A stretch of 64,000 bases of DNA from Oscillospiraceae bacterium (lineage in GTDB: Bacteria; Bacillota; Clostridia; Oscillospirales; Ruminococcaceae). Position numbers and translations under genes: made by a program. The notes under the pieces are model-generated. The model did not search any database, was not told the DNA's origin, and worked only from the letters and a program-made list of their open reading frames with translations. Positions 10,173 through 20,351 of this stretch are shown in pieces. Position 1 is the first letter of the stretch. Each line of letters starts with the position of its first letter. The stretch spans positions 384,660 to 448,659 of the forward strand of contig JAVXNE010000001.1 in NCBI GenBank assembly GCA_036645935.1. Reading direction: 5' to 3'.

Positions 10173-11150
10173 TTATTCTGCAGTTGCTGTGGGTATAATT
10201 ACACCCTTAATATAGCCATCCGGCTTGTTAACAAGATCCTCAAATGCTTGTCCTATCTCTGCAAGCTCGTAGCGATGAGTGATTATATCTTCCATGCGAA
10301 TTACTCCGCGCTCGAGCAGCCTAAGGCCGCGTCTCATATCCTCAATCTGATCCTCGCTGTATTTTGCGTGAGCCACGACAATCTCTGCGCTGCGCGAAAC
10401 CATCTCCCGGAAATCGAAATCCTTGCACGGGCGCTTGTGCGAACTCATGAGCACCACTCGCCCTCGGCCGGTTGTGCGCAGCAATTTCACACATTCACCG
10501 AGTATCTCCGGTATTCCCGTTCCCTCGATGACAAAGTCCGCCATATGGGCTGCGGTTGCCTCGGAAACAACTGTGGCAACGTCATCGCGCAGCGGATTTG
10601 CAGTGTGCGTCGCACCGTATTTTTGGGCGAGCGCGAGCTTGCGATCGTCGGTATCCACACACACGAGAGCGCCCAGCGAGCCCCCCGCTAGTATCTGCGT
10701 GCTCCAAAGGCCCATCGGCCCACATCCGTATATCACGCCGCAGTCTCCCGCCTTCGCGTTCGTCGCCCGCGTTACGGTTATAACGCATTTGAGCGGCTCT
10801 CCCAGCGCGTGCTCGAGCGGCATTGCGGGATCAATTTTTACGGCTCGCTCATAGTCGACGACGGCGTAGTCCGCAAATCCTATGTAGACGGGCATCGCGA
10901 CAACATGATCTCCAACCGAGAAGCCCTTGACCTCCTCGCCCATGGCAGCGACCGTGCCCGCCCATTCGTGCCCAAGCGGCTGAGGACAGCTTCCGACAAT
11001 TCCGTGATAGTGATTAATCTCCCAGTTGCACAGCCCGCACACAGCCACTTTAACGAGCAGCTCGCGCGGCGCTGGCTTTACGTCATCTTTAATAAGCTCA
11101 AATCTTCCCGGCTCAGCCAATATGGCCCGTCTTGTAATCAATGCATACAC
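10173..11150 (-). CDS. Zinc-dependent alcohol/polyol dehydrogenase (MDR family)
   Basis: CGLCNWEINHYHG zinc-binding signature and a GxGxxG Rossmann segment (GCGPMG). Confidence 0.8.
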   Translation of the reverse strand: MYALITRRAILAEPGRFELIKDDVKPAPRELLVKVAVCGLCNWEINHYHGIVGSCPQPLGHEWAGTVAAMGEEVKGFSVGDHVVAMPVYIGFADYAVVDYERAVKIDPAMPLEHALGEPLKCVITVTRATNAKAGDCGVIYGCGPMGLWSTQILAGGSLGALVCVDTDDRKLALAQKYGATHTANPLRDDVATVVSEATAAHMADFVIEGTGIPEILGECVKLLRTTGRGRVVLMSSHKRPCKDFDFREMVSRSAEIVVAHAKYSEDQIEDMRRGLRLLERGVIRMEDIITHRYELAEIGQAFEDLVNKPDGYIKGVIIPTATAE

Positions 11151-11171
11151 CTCGTGTTAATAAATGCTCCG

Positions 11172-12287
11172 TCAGTCAAGAACTCCAGTTTTCAGAGAGT
11201 TTACCATCGGCGCAGGCCGCTCGTACTGGCTCTCAAGCACAATCTTCTTGCCCTGCTCCGAGCTTTTAAGAATCGATTCAATTATCTCTATCGTATGAGA
11301 GGCAGCCTGGCCGTTTGCCCGAGCAGCGCGGCCTGTTCTCATTGCCCGACACATATCTGAAATTCCGAGCCCTCGGCTGTTTTCGGAATATCCGAACATG
11401 AACGGCATTTCAAGCCATTCGCCGCGCTCGGGACGATAAAGCAGAATGGGGGTTCCTCCAAAACAGTTTGGATCGGGCACACTGATTGAACCCTCCGATC
11501 CATATATCTCTATAAAGGGCAACCGCGCCTTGTGAACGTCAAAAGTCATTGTGAGCGTTCCGAGCGCACCGCTGTCAAACTCAAGCAGCGAGTTCACATA
11601 GGTTGGAACATTTACCTCGATCGTCTCTCCGAAGTGGGGCTGCGAGGTTATCACGCGTTGTTTAAATGAAATTCCTGCCTGCCCACTGACAGTCTTAATT
11701 CGTCCCATCATCTGCAGCAAGGTTCCTATATAGTAAGGTCCCATATCGAGCAAGGGACCTGCCCCCGGCTGGTATAGAAAATTGGGATTCGGATGCCAGG
11801 TCTCAACGCCGCGCTTAATGAGGTTCGCCGTGCAGCCGACTATCTCGCCAATCGCACCGCCGTCTATGAGCTTGCGGCATGTCTGCACTGCAGCACCCAG
11901 CACAGTGTCCGGCGAGCTGCCCACATAAAGACCGCGCACCGCCGCAATTTCAAGCAGTTCGCGTGTTTGCGCATATTGTGCCGCAAGCGGTTTTTCCGAA
12001 TAAACGCTTTTGTTTGCAAGCAGCGCTTTTTTGTTTATATCGTAGTGCAGCAGCGGGGGGCACAGATCGAGAATGACTTCAATCTGATCATCCTCGAGCA
12101 TTTCGTCATAGCTGCTGTATTGGCAGGGCAGGCCATATTCATCGGTCTTTTTCTGTGCGAGAGCGCCGTTAGTGTCACAGACACCCACCACTTTTACTTC
12201 CTTGAACAGCGAAGTTAGATTTTTGAGATATATATCGCTGATCGTCCCGCATCCAACGACACCTATCCCCATGATGCTGTTTTCCAT
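11172..12287 (-). CDS. Gfo/Idh/MocA-family NAD(P)-dependent oxidoreductase
   Basis: N-terminal GIGVVGCGTIS Rossmann fold and the EKP motif (SEKPLA) typical of the family. Confidence 0.8.
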   Translation of the reverse strand: MENSIMGIGVVGCGTISDIYLKNLTSLFKEVKVVGVCDTNGALAQKKTDEYGLPCQYSSYDEMLEDDQIEVILDLCPPLLHYDINKKALLANKSVYSEKPLAAQYAQTRELLEIAAVRGLYVGSSPDTVLGAAVQTCRKLIDGGAIGEIVGCTANLIKRGVETWHPNPNFLYQPGAGPLLDMGPYYIGTLLQMMGRIKTVSGQAGISFKQRVITSQPHFGETIEVNVPTYVNSLLEFDSGALGTLTMTFDVHKARLPFIEIYGSEGSISVPDPNCFGGTPILLYRPERGEWLEMPFMFGYSENSRGLGISDMCRAMRTGRAARANGQAASHTIEIIESILKSSEQGKKIVLESQYERPAPMVNSLKTGVLD

Positions 12288-12289
12288 AG

Positions 12290-12991
12290 CTACTCTCCTA
12301 AATATGCCTTGACTATGCGCGGGTCTCTTATCATATCGCGCGAATTTCCCTGCATGGTCACTTTTCCGTTTTCAAGCACATAGGTATAATCGCTGCTTTG
12401 CAGCGCCTGCTTGGCGTTTTGCTCGATCAAAAGAACCGTCACTCCAGAGGCATTGATCTCTCTGATAAACTTGAACACCTGCTTGATAATAACGGGAGCG
12501 AGACCCATCGAAGGCTCGTCGAACATAATAAGCTGGGGATTCGCCATCATTGCACGTGCAATTGCAAGCATCTGCTGCTCGCCGCCGGAAAGCGTGCCTC
12601 CCTGCTGCTTTTTTCGCTCGCGAAGTATCGGAAAGAGTTTGTAAGCAACCTCAAAATTCTCTTTTGCCTGACGAAGGCCATTGACGGCTCCCATTATCAG
12701 GTTTTCCTCAACGGTTAGTCCATCGAATATTTTGCGCCCTTCTGGAACCTGAGCCACTCCCTTTTTGACGACCTTATCGGGAGACATAATCAAATTCTCT
12801 CCCTGCAGCGTGATGCTGCCCGACTTGGGCTTTACCATTCCAGATATAGTGTTGAGCAGTGAGCTTTTACCTGCGCCGTTCGCGCCGATGACACTCACAA
12901 TTTTGCCTTGCTCGACGTCAATGGAAACGCCGTTGAGTGCGCTGACGTGACTGTAGCTCACTTCGAGATCGCGTACTTCAAGAAACGCCAT
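12290..12991 (-). CDS. livF: ABC transporter ATP-binding protein, LivF type
   Basis: Walker A GANGAGKSS; LSGGEQQML signature; 233 aa, as for LivF. Confidence 0.85.
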   Translation of the reverse strand: MAFLEVRDLEVSYSHVSALNGVSIDVEQGKIVSVIGANGAGKSSLLNTISGMVKPKSGSITLQGENLIMSPDKVVKKGVAQVPEGRKIFDGLTVEENLIMGAVNGLRQAKENFEVAYKLFPILRERKKQQGGTLSGGEQQMLAIARAMMANPQLIMFDEPSMGLAPVIIKQVFKFIREINASGVTVLLIEQNAKQALQSSDYTYVLENGKVTMQGNSRDMIRDPRIVKAYLGE

Positions 12992-13759
12992 CTATTCGTC
13001 CTCCCCCATGTAAGCGTCGATGACATCCTGGTTGGTCTGTATCTCGGCAGGTGTGCCCTCAGCAATAAGCTCGCCGAAGCTGAGCACATAAACCTTTTTA
13101 GAGAGCGAATACACAACCTGCAGGCGATGCTCGATAAGCAGCACCGTCACGTCAAAGCGCTCGCGAATGTCGCGGATCAACGCTATAAACTCATCCACCT
13201 CTGTGGTGTTAAGACCTGCCGCGGGTTCGTCGAGCAGCAACAACTTCGGTTCGGTTGCAAGAGCCCTTGCAAGCTCGAGCTTGCGCTGCATTCCGTACGG
13301 AAGATTGGAGGGCTTCTCGTTCCTGTAGTCGTAAAGCCCAACTATCTTCAGATATTCCTCACTTCGCATGACATTTGCTTTGTCTGTGCTCCGCGCCGAA
13401 GGAAGGCGCAACAGCGCCTCAAGAATATTGTATTTTGCCCGCGCATCGAGCACAGCCTGCACGTTTTGGCAGACACTCAATCCCTGATAGAGCCGAATAT
13501 TCTGAAAGGTTCTCGTAAGACCCAGGTGTGATATTTCGTGCTGTGGCTTTCCTGTGATATCGACACCTTCAAGAGATATCTTTCCTGATGTGGGCTTGTA
13601 AATGCCCGAAATCATATTAAAAACTGTGGTTTTTCCGGCTCCGTTTGGTCCTATGATGCTGGTTATGCTGCCTTTTTCGACCGAGAGGTTCACTTCGCTT
13701 ACAGCTTTAACACCGCCGAAGCTTATGGACAAATTGCTGATATCAAGAATGCTGCTCAT
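12992..13759 (-). CDS. livG: ABC transporter ATP-binding protein, LivG type
   Basis: Walker A GPNGAGKTT; signature LPYGMQRKLELARAL; 255 aa. Confidence 0.85.
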   Translation of the reverse strand: MSSILDISNLSISFGGVKAVSEVNLSVEKGSITSIIGPNGAGKTTVFNMISGIYKPTSGKISLEGVDITGKPQHEISHLGLTRTFQNIRLYQGLSVCQNVQAVLDARAKYNILEALLRLPSARSTDKANVMRSEEYLKIVGLYDYRNEKPSNLPYGMQRKLELARALATEPKLLLLDEPAAGLNTTEVDEFIALIRDIRERFDVTVLLIEHRLQVVYSLSKKVYVLSFGELIAEGTPAEIQTNQDVIDAYMGEDE

Positions 13760-14658
13760 TCTTTTCCGCCCTCCTTGTCGCCATTCTTCGAGCGCAGTTT
13801 TTTGAAAATCGACGAGAAAAATTTCCCTATTTTTTTGAATATGTCGGTTATCTCAAGCTCTCCAAACAGACCTTTAGGCATGAAGTTGATGATCAAGAGC
13901 ACCGTGACGCAGTAGATAACGATGCGCAAATTATCGGTGAAGCGCAGAAACTCCGGCAATATATTCAGCAGCACGCCGGCTGTTATCGTTCCCGACAGGC
14001 TGTTAACTCCGCCAATGAACACCATGATTATCCATTCGATTGACTTCTTGGTGGCGAAAGCGTTCGGCTCAACATAGGTTGTGAGATATGCCCACAGCGC
14101 GCCTCCGAAGGCGGTGATGCCCCCACAGAACACAAATGCAAGCGTCTTGACCTTTTGCACGTTGATGCCCATTGCGGCGGCTGATATCTCATCGCTCTTG
14201 ATCGCGAGGCACTGTCTGCCAAATTTAGAGCGCTTGAAATTCAGCACAATAAATATGACTGCGGCAAGCGAAATCGTTGCGATGAATACCGTCGTCTTGC
14301 GCGGTATACCGTTGAGACCCAAAGAGCCGCCCGTAAACTTTGTGGCCGTGTTGAGCAGCGCGACGATTGCCTCGCCAAATGCCAGCGTCACAAGCGCTAT
14401 ATAGTCTCGCCTTAGCTTGATGACCGGCATGGCAACGCCCCACGCAACGAGCATTCCTATAATTATGGCGACGATAATATTCACTATCATCGGCGTTCCG
14501 ACACGCAGGCACATGAGGCCGGCTGCATAAGCGCCCACCGACATGAACGAAGCCTGTCCCATCGAGAATATTCCCGTGAGGCTGATGAGCACGAACATCG
14601 AAAGAACGCCGATCAACGAAACGCACATCGAAACATAAATTGAGGAGTAATATGACAT
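13756..14658 (-). CDS. livM: Branched-chain amino-acid-type ABC permease, LivM type
   Basis: Polytopic membrane protein. The ATG at 14658 is preceded by an AAGGGGGGAG SD; the track start at 14721 is an upstream extension. Confidence 0.75.
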   Translation of the reverse strand: MSYYSSIYVSMCVSLIGVLSMFVLISLTGIFSMGQASFMSVGAYAAGLMCLRVGTPMIVNIIVAIIIGMLVAWGVAMPVIKLRRDYIALVTLAFGEAIVALLNTATKFTGGSLGLNGIPRKTTVFIATISLAAVIFIVLNFKRSKFGRQCLAIKSDEISAAAMGINVQKVKTLAFVFCGGITAFGGALWAYLTTYVEPNAFATKKSIEWIIMVFIGGVNSLSGTITAGVLLNILPEFLRFTDNLRIVIYCVTVLLIINFMPKGLFGELEITDIFKKIGKFFSSIFKKLRSKNGDKEGGKE

Positions 14659-14672
14659 TATAAGCTCCCCCC

Positions 14673-15548
14673 TTAAACCTTTTCGTAGGTGAATTTGCCT
14701 GCAATACCCTGCGGTCTCCAAATGAGGAAGATAACCGTGAGGAAGAAGATGACAACTGTGCTGTAACCGGATCCCACAATATATACGAGGAAGACCTCCG
14801 TTACTCCCAGCAACAGTCCTCCGTAAAGCGCTCCGGAGATGTTTCCTAGCCCTCCGACAATCGAAGCCGTGAGTCCCTTAAAGACCATGTTCGAAAGCTG
14901 AGGATAGAGCACATAACGGATACCGAGGAAAACTCCGGCGATTGCTCCGAGCATTCCGGACATGAAGAAGCACATGAATACGATGAGGGAAACGTTGATT
15001 CCCATGAGACGCGCAGTGCTCGAATCCATCGACAGAGCCCTGATAGAAACGCCCAGCCTCGTTTTATAGAGCACAAGCATTAATATAACAATCAGCACCG
15101 CAGAAATTACCAGCATGATGGTATCGGTGACGGTAATTGTGAAATTTCCTATTTCAAAATATGCTTTTTCAAAAAAGGTGGGATACGAATAGTAGTTGTT
15201 TGAAAAGCGAATCGCCATGAGATTCTGAAGCAGCGTACCGAGCGTTGATGACGCGACAAAGAACAGCATTATCTCTCCGTTGTTCTTGCGCAGACGCTCA
15301 AACCCGATGACCTGACAGACTGCCGAAACAACCCCGCCAAAGATAGCGGTTATCGCGAGTGTTGGAAACAGGCCCAGTCCGTATGATTTTGATATGATAT
15401 ATCCGAAATATGCCGACGTGACCATCACGCCGCCGTGCGAAAAGTTTGAAAACTTCAAGACGCTATATATAAGCGTGAAGCCCAACGATATGAGCGCGTA
15501 CACTGAGCCGAGAGACAGCCCGTTAATCAGCAGTTGGATAATATTCAA
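14673..15548 (-). CDS. livH: Branched-chain amino-acid-type ABC permease, LivH type
   Basis: MNIIQLLINGLSLGSVYALISLGFTLIY is a classical LivH N-terminus. Confidence 0.8.
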   Translation of the reverse strand: MNIIQLLINGLSLGSVYALISLGFTLIYSVLKFSNFSHGGVMVTSAYFGYIISKSYGLGLFPTLAITAIFGGVVSAVCQVIGFERLRKNNGEIMLFFVASSTLGTLLQNLMAIRFSNNYYSYPTFFEKAYFEIGNFTITVTDTIMLVISAVLIVILMLVLYKTRLGVSIRALSMDSSTARLMGINVSLIVFMCFFMSGMLGAIAGVFLGIRYVLYPQLSNMVFKGLTASIVGGLGNISGALYGGLLLGVTEVFLVYIVGSGYSTVVIFFLTVIFLIWRPQGIAGKFTYEKV

Positions 15549-15564
15549 GCCTTACACTCCCTTC

Positions 15565-15596
15565 GGGGATTTATCCCCCCTTCGAAAAGGGGGGAT
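15565..15596. promoter_or_regulatory. GC-rich stem-loops (two mutually exclusive hairpins sharing ATCCCC) between the binding-protein gene and livH
   Basis: ggggat-tt-atcccc overlaps atcccccctt-cgaa-aaggggggat. It is intercistronic within an operon, so probably a partial terminator or mRNA stabiliser that sets binding-protein versus permease stoichiometry. Confidence 0.4.
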
Positions 15597-15621
15597 ACCC
15601 GGTCTCTGATATTGCGACGGC

Positions 15622-16833
15622 TCAGTTAAAGAGCGTCGGGGTGTATATCCCGCCGTTGCTGAGAACGCCGTTTTCGATCTTGCAAACGGCCATGCTCATT
15701 CCAACGGGAGCGTGCGTTGTCGGGCTCTGGGTGTATCCCTTAACGCCCACGAGGTCGAGGTTGTTGATGTTGTTCTCAACTGCGTAGCGGATGGACTCGG
15801 CATCGGCCTTGCCGTCCATCGATTCGATGGCAGCCTTGATGATGTAAACCATCTCATAACCTTGAACGGTCTTAACTGTCGCGTCCTCGCCGATAATCTC
15901 TTTGTAAAGCTTGCAATAATCTGCCAGCGCGGGATCGCCCATCCAGGCTACGGCGTGGAAATAAGCTTCCTTAACGATTGTGGGATCGTCAAGCAGTGAC
16001 AGGAACGGGTCGGCCATGTCCATTGCTCCCAGAAGAGGAATCTCAAGACCAATCTGACTGGCCTGCTGAACGATAAGCACACAGTTAGGTGTGGTGTTGG
16101 GCATGAAGAGTATCTCGGCGCCGCTGTCCTTAATCTTCTGAAGCTGGGTTTTGAAATCCGATTCGCCGGTCTGGAAGGTGACGGAGCTGACTATCTCGCC
16201 GTCGATTTTCTTCCAAGCCTCGTCGAAACTGTTGGCCATTATCGTCGAATAGGAGTTGGACGCGTCATAGAACATCGCAGCTTTGGTCAAGTTGAGCTTG
16301 CTCTTGGCATAGTCTGCGCAGAACTCTGCCTGCGAGATGGCGTTGGGCTGAGTGCACAGGAACATCGCAGGATAGGGTGTCTTTGTTTTGAGGTCTTGTG
16401 TAACGTTCGGGTCGGAGGGAACGCACAGGACGGAAACGCCCTTTTCGGTGCTGACCTCGACGAGTGACATGCATATCGTGCTGCTCGGGGGTCCGATTAC
16501 CGCAACGGCCTTGTCGACGTCGACCAGGCGGTTGTAGGAGTTAATGGTCTGGGTTGCGTCGTTCTGGTTGTCGTAGGAAATATACTTGATCTGACGGCCG
16601 TTAATTCCGCCGGCCTTGTTAATTTCCTCAACAGCCACCAGTGCGCCGTTATCGACAGCGGTTCCGAGAACAGAGCCGTCGCCGGAAAGATCGTTGACGC
16701 CGCCGATGATGATTGGTCCCTCGTCGGACACAGGGGCTTTTTCTCCCTCCGGGGTGGTCTCTGATTTGCCGCATGCCGCAAACAGACTCAGACAGAGCAC
16801 AAGAACAAGAACAATTGACAGATACTTTTTCAT
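15622..16833 (-). CDS. ABC substrate-binding lipoprotein, LivJ/LivK-like (family 4 SBP)
   Basis: Lipoprotein signal (LFAACGKS); periplasmic binding-protein fold pattern; located upstream of livHMGF. Confidence 0.8.
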   Translation of the reverse strand: MKKYLSIVLVLVLCLSLFAACGKSETTPEGEKAPVSDEGPIIIGGVNDLSGDGSVLGTAVDNGALVAVEEINKAGGINGRQIKYISYDNQNDATQTINSYNRLVDVDKAVAVIGPPSSTICMSLVEVSTEKGVSVLCVPSDPNVTQDLKTKTPYPAMFLCTQPNAISQAEFCADYAKSKLNLTKAAMFYDASNSYSTIMANSFDEAWKKIDGEIVSSVTFQTGESDFKTQLQKIKDSGAEILFMPNTTPNCVLIVQQASQIGLEIPLLGAMDMADPFLSLLDDPTIVKEAYFHAVAWMGDPALADYCKLYKEIIGEDATVKTVQGYEMVYIIKAAIESMDGKADAESIRYAVENNINNLDLVGVKGYTQSPTTHAPVGMSMAVCKIENGVLSNGGIYTPTLFN

Positions 16834-16889
16834 TTTTTGCTCCTTTCAGCATTTTTAATAACAAAAGTTTCCTTTTGCAATTATTGAGT

Positions 16890-18083
16890 TTAGAATATTC
16901 CTTTTTCTTTCAGTTCGGAGATCTGTTCCGGAGTGTATCCCAGCTCCCCCAGTATTTCATCGTTGTGCTCGCCGAGCAATGGAGGCCGTCTCGTTATCTT
17001 GCAAGGCGTTTCGCTGAATTCGATAGGGGATCCAATCACACGAACCTTTCCCGCCTTGGGATGATCGATCTCTTGAATAATTCCGTTGTGTATAACTTGC
17101 GGATCGTTGACCACATCGTTGTAGTCGTTAACCTTAGCGCACCATATGCCCTGAGCGCGGAACATCTCTATCCACTCGTCAGTTGTGCGTTTCGCGATAG
17201 CCGAGGATATAACAGGGTATATCTTGTCGCGGTCGCGCCGCATGGTTTCTTTATCGGGCATAAGTTGCGGCAGCTCGGGTATTTCGAGCGCCTGCGCGAA
17301 CCATTCGATATTGTCTGAGGCATTGGTGGCGAGCGACATATAGCCGTCTTTAGTCTCATATATGCCGTATGGCGATTCCTGCATCGGGTGTCCTGTATGT
17401 CCACCAGGGCGCTCCGGCTGTATGCCGGTGTTTAGGAAATATCCGAACTCCTGCGACTGCAGATGGATTCCGGAATTGAGAAGGTTTACTTCAACCTTCT
17501 GTGCCTTTCCGCCGTTTTGCTTATTGACGAGAGCCGCGAGCACGCCGCTCACCATCAACATCGAGCTGTACATATCCACCACGTAAATACCACCGGTCAT
17601 CGGCGGTCCTTTGGGTCCTACCATCCATGTGTAGCCGCTCATGCTCTGCGCGAGCAGATCCTGCCCGGGCAAATTCGAGTAGGGGCCTGAACTGCCATAA
17701 CCGAGCGCCTCACAGTAGATGATCTGATCGTTCACCTTTTTGCCGTCTTCAAACCCTATGCCGAGCTTGTCAATTACACCGGGTCGGTAGTTGGACATGA
17801 CCACGTCGCACTCTTTAATGAGATCGTATACAATCTGCTTCGACTCAGGCTTTTTAAGATCAAGTGTCATGCTGCGCTTGTTTCGGTTCATCGCGAGAAA
17901 GAACGGACCTTCACCGCCCAGTTTATCCGTTGCCAAAAATGAACGGTTGAAGTCTCCTGTCCTCGGTCGTTCGATGTTGATGACGTCCGCACCCATATCT
18001 CCGAGCAATTGCAGAGCAAACGGAGCCTGTGCAAAATGCGTGAAACCCAGTATCTTTATTCCTTTAAGCGGACCGGGCATCAT
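16890..18083 (-). CDS. CoA transferase family III (CaiB/BaiF-like)
   Basis: N-terminal GIKILGFTHFAQAPFALQLLGDMGADVI matches the family III CoA-transferase signature; 397 aa. Confidence 0.85.
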   Translation of the reverse strand: MMPGPLKGIKILGFTHFAQAPFALQLLGDMGADVINIERPRTGDFNRSFLATDKLGGEGPFFLAMNRNKRSMTLDLKKPESKQIVYDLIKECDVVMSNYRPGVIDKLGIGFEDGKKVNDQIIYCEALGYGSSGPYSNLPGQDLLAQSMSGYTWMVGPKGPPMTGGIYVVDMYSSMLMVSGVLAALVNKQNGGKAQKVEVNLLNSGIHLQSQEFGYFLNTGIQPERPGGHTGHPMQESPYGIYETKDGYMSLATNASDNIEWFAQALEIPELPQLMPDKETMRRDRDKIYPVISSAIAKRTTDEWIEMFRAQGIWCAKVNDYNDVVNDPQVIHNGIIQEIDHPKAGKVRVIGSPIEFSETPCKITRRPPLLGEHNDEILGELGYTPEQISELKEKGIF

Positions 18084-18541
18084 TCCGCCCCCTTTGGCTT
18101 GCGGCCGATGTACTGTTTGTCGATATGAAAGAGCACTGCCTCACCCTTCTGGTTCTTGACGGTGACATCCCATGACACGATACCGAACTCATCGTTCTTT
18201 ATCTTCTTATCGGTCACCTTGAACTCGCAGTGAATTGTGTCGCCGGGATACACAGGTTTGATATACCTCACCTTGTCATGGCCGTAATGCACTGACGGAA
18301 CTTTGGTCGGAGAGACTTCCTTGGCCATGAAGGCATCGGCGACTCCGAGCGTCAGCACACCCTGAACAATGGGGCGGCCGATTGCCGGGAATTTCGCGCA
18401 GTACTCGGCGTCAACGTGCACCGGATGGGTGTTGTCTGAGCAGCCGATAAAAAGTCTGATGTCGGCCTCCGTCATAGTGCGCCCCGATGTTACCTGTTCC
18501 TCGCCTAACTCATAGTCCTCAAAATACTTATACTCTGGCAT
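18080..18541 (-). CDS. MaoC-like (R-specific) enoyl-CoA hydratase/dehydratase, hotdog fold
   Basis: 153 aa; hotdog-fold MaoC pattern; ATGA overlap with the downstream CoA-transferase gene. Confidence 0.8.
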   Translation of the reverse strand: MPEYKYFEDYELGEEQVTSGRTMTEADIRLFIGCSDNTHPVHVDAEYCAKFPAIGRPIVQGVLTLGVADAFMAKEVSPTKVPSVHYGHDKVRYIKPVYPGDTIHCEFKVTDKKIKNDEFGIVSWDVTVKNQKGEAVLFHIDKQYIGRKPKGAE

Positions 18542-18596
18542 TGGTTGCAGCTCCTTTCAAGCCTTAATTAATTGCGTCTGTCTTCTGACTTTTAAA

Positions 18597-19964
18597 TTAT
18601 ATTTCGCCGTCAAATCTTTTCGGCATGAGCACATTCTGGTTGCGAAGACGTGCGCGTATCTCTTTAGTATCGACGTCGCGCAGCGGCTTGCCCTCCCTCA
18701 CCGCAATCGCAGCAGCTATTCCGCAAGCCTGTCCCATCAGCATTGCGGTCGGTATGACGCGAAGCATCTCTATTGCTCCAAAATCTCCCGAAATGCAACG
18801 TCCCGCGACGAGCAGACCATCTGTTTTCTTGGGAAGAAAACAGCGATATGGAATTTCCTTGAAACTATCGCTCGGGCTAAACTGCTGATACGGAGGTTGC
18901 GCCATCACAACGGCATCGTCATATTTGGTGCCGGCAAGCAGTTCCTTTCGGGTGATCGTGTATTCTCCGCAAAGCATCCTTGTGCTGCGAACCCCAACTT
19001 GAGGTGCCGTATCCATCACATAGGCTTTCTCAAATCCCGCAACATTCTCGCGGAAATAATCCACCGTGATCAACATTTTGCGACGGGTTTCGATCTCCAC
19101 CTTAGCGAGATCTTCAATTTTAACTCCGTCCCCTTGCATAGTAGTGTTAAACCACACGACGTCCGGTATGCTGCTGCGCATATAGAATCCTTGCGGCAAT
19201 ATGCCAAAGCTGTATCCGCCGCCCACTCCGCCAATGCGCTTGAGGTCACCCGAGACCGCTTGTGCGACGCCTTCCCTGCGAAGATATTCCTCCGCTTTTT
19301 CGGTGTCCACACCGCACACGCGGAACACCAGTCCGAGTGGCAGATTGCCCGTGGTGAAATCCTCGCCGGCCGTCACGAATACGTCTCCATCTCCGGTGCA
19401 GTCGATAACCGTCTTGCTGAGCACGGCAAGCCTTCCGGACTTGCTCTCGAAAATCGCGCCCTTTATCGTTCCGTCCTCAACATATGCTTTGCTGAACCAC
19501 GCGTGGAACAACGGCTTGACTCCCGCCTCAACGATCATGTCGTTAGCGACACATTTCCACATCTCCGGATCGGCAACAGGACTGTATCTGACAACCTTGT
19601 CCTCGCCACCCGTTGCTCCCCAGCGCCGCCATTTAAGAATATCCTCAGCTTTGTCAGAGCCCCAGACTTGCCGGGGAGGCTCGATAATTCCGTCGTATTT
19701 TCTCAGCCGTTCGATTGTCTCCTCTACCAGTCCTCTGATGACGACGCTTCCGCTGCCGTCGCACAGGCAGTCGATGAGCAACACATACCCGCCTGTACCC
19801 ATACCGCCCAGATAGCCGTATCTTTCCATCAGGACCACCGAAGCTCCCTCGCGAGCGGCGCTCACCGCGGCGCAATAACCGGCCGGGCCTCCGCCGACAA
19901 CGAGCACATCTGCCTCGGCGTAAACAGGTATTTTCTGTTCTCTTTCAACAATATGCTTGACCAA
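18597..19964 (-). CDS. FAD-dependent oxidoreductase (likely TTG start)
   Basis: Dinucleotide-binding motif VLVVGGGPAGYCAAVSAA at residue 19. The first codon is TTG, preceded by GGAGAG. It is the first gene of the operon. Confidence 0.7.
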   Translation of the reverse strand: MVKHIVEREQKIPVYAEADVLVVGGGPAGYCAAVSAAREGASVVLMERYGYLGGMGTGGYVLLIDCLCDGSGSVVIRGLVEETIERLRKYDGIIEPPRQVWGSDKAEDILKWRRWGATGGEDKVVRYSPVADPEMWKCVANDMIVEAGVKPLFHAWFSKAYVEDGTIKGAIFESKSGRLAVLSKTVIDCTGDGDVFVTAGEDFTTGNLPLGLVFRVCGVDTEKAEEYLRREGVAQAVSGDLKRIGGVGGGYSFGILPQGFYMRSSIPDVVWFNTTMQGDGVKIEDLAKVEIETRRKMLITVDYFRENVAGFEKAYVMDTAPQVGVRSTRMLCGEYTITRKELLAGTKYDDAVVMAQPPYQQFSPSDSFKEIPYRCFLPKKTDGLLVAGRCISGDFGAIEMLRVIPTAMLMGQACGIAAAIAVREGKPLRDVDTKEIRARLRNQNVLMPKRFDGEI

Positions 19965-20061
19965 TTCCGTCTCTCCCTTGCTGCCTCATCCGATACCCTT
20001 CCGCACACCGTGCGGATTATTTCTCAAATGCCGCAGAATGCAATGTAATGGAATGTATTGT

Positions 20062-20083
20062 ATCGTGTAATGGTTTACACGAT
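20062..20083. promoter_or_regulatory. Candidate LacI-family operator palindrome (atcgtgtaa-tggt-ttacacgat) plus an extended -10 (tgctataat, about 20113-20121) in the divergent promoter region
   Basis: Perfect 9-bp inverted arms of the TGTAA..TTACA type, which resembles LacI/CcpA-family operators. It lies between the operon start (19964) and the regulator gene (20352). Confidence 0.4.
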
Positions 20084-20351
20084 AATAGCAAATCGTTTAC
20101 TTACTTGCAACAGATTCTGCTATAATCTACATAATGACGGATTTTATGTCACGTAGTATAGCAACTTTAACAATAAAATTTCAATATTCGACTCTGCAAC
20201 CCTTTCAATTATTATCTTTGATGCATTGTTCTCCACAACTGTGTAATCTGATACATCTCTGGATATTCCGACAAATTACGAGGTTGACTTATTGTGTTTG
20301 TGGGGTATAATTGTAACAACACGTAACAATATTGCTAATATGAGGTAATTT

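Noticed and set aside
10248-11360. Several plus-strand ORFs of 75-183 aa
   Set aside because: They are antisense to the alcohol dehydrogenase and Gfo/Idh/MocA genes.
18897-20048. 383-aa plus-strand ORF
   Set aside because: It lies entirely antisense to the FAD-dependent oxidoreductase and has a low-complexity, Arg/Ala-rich translation typical of GC-rich antisense frames.
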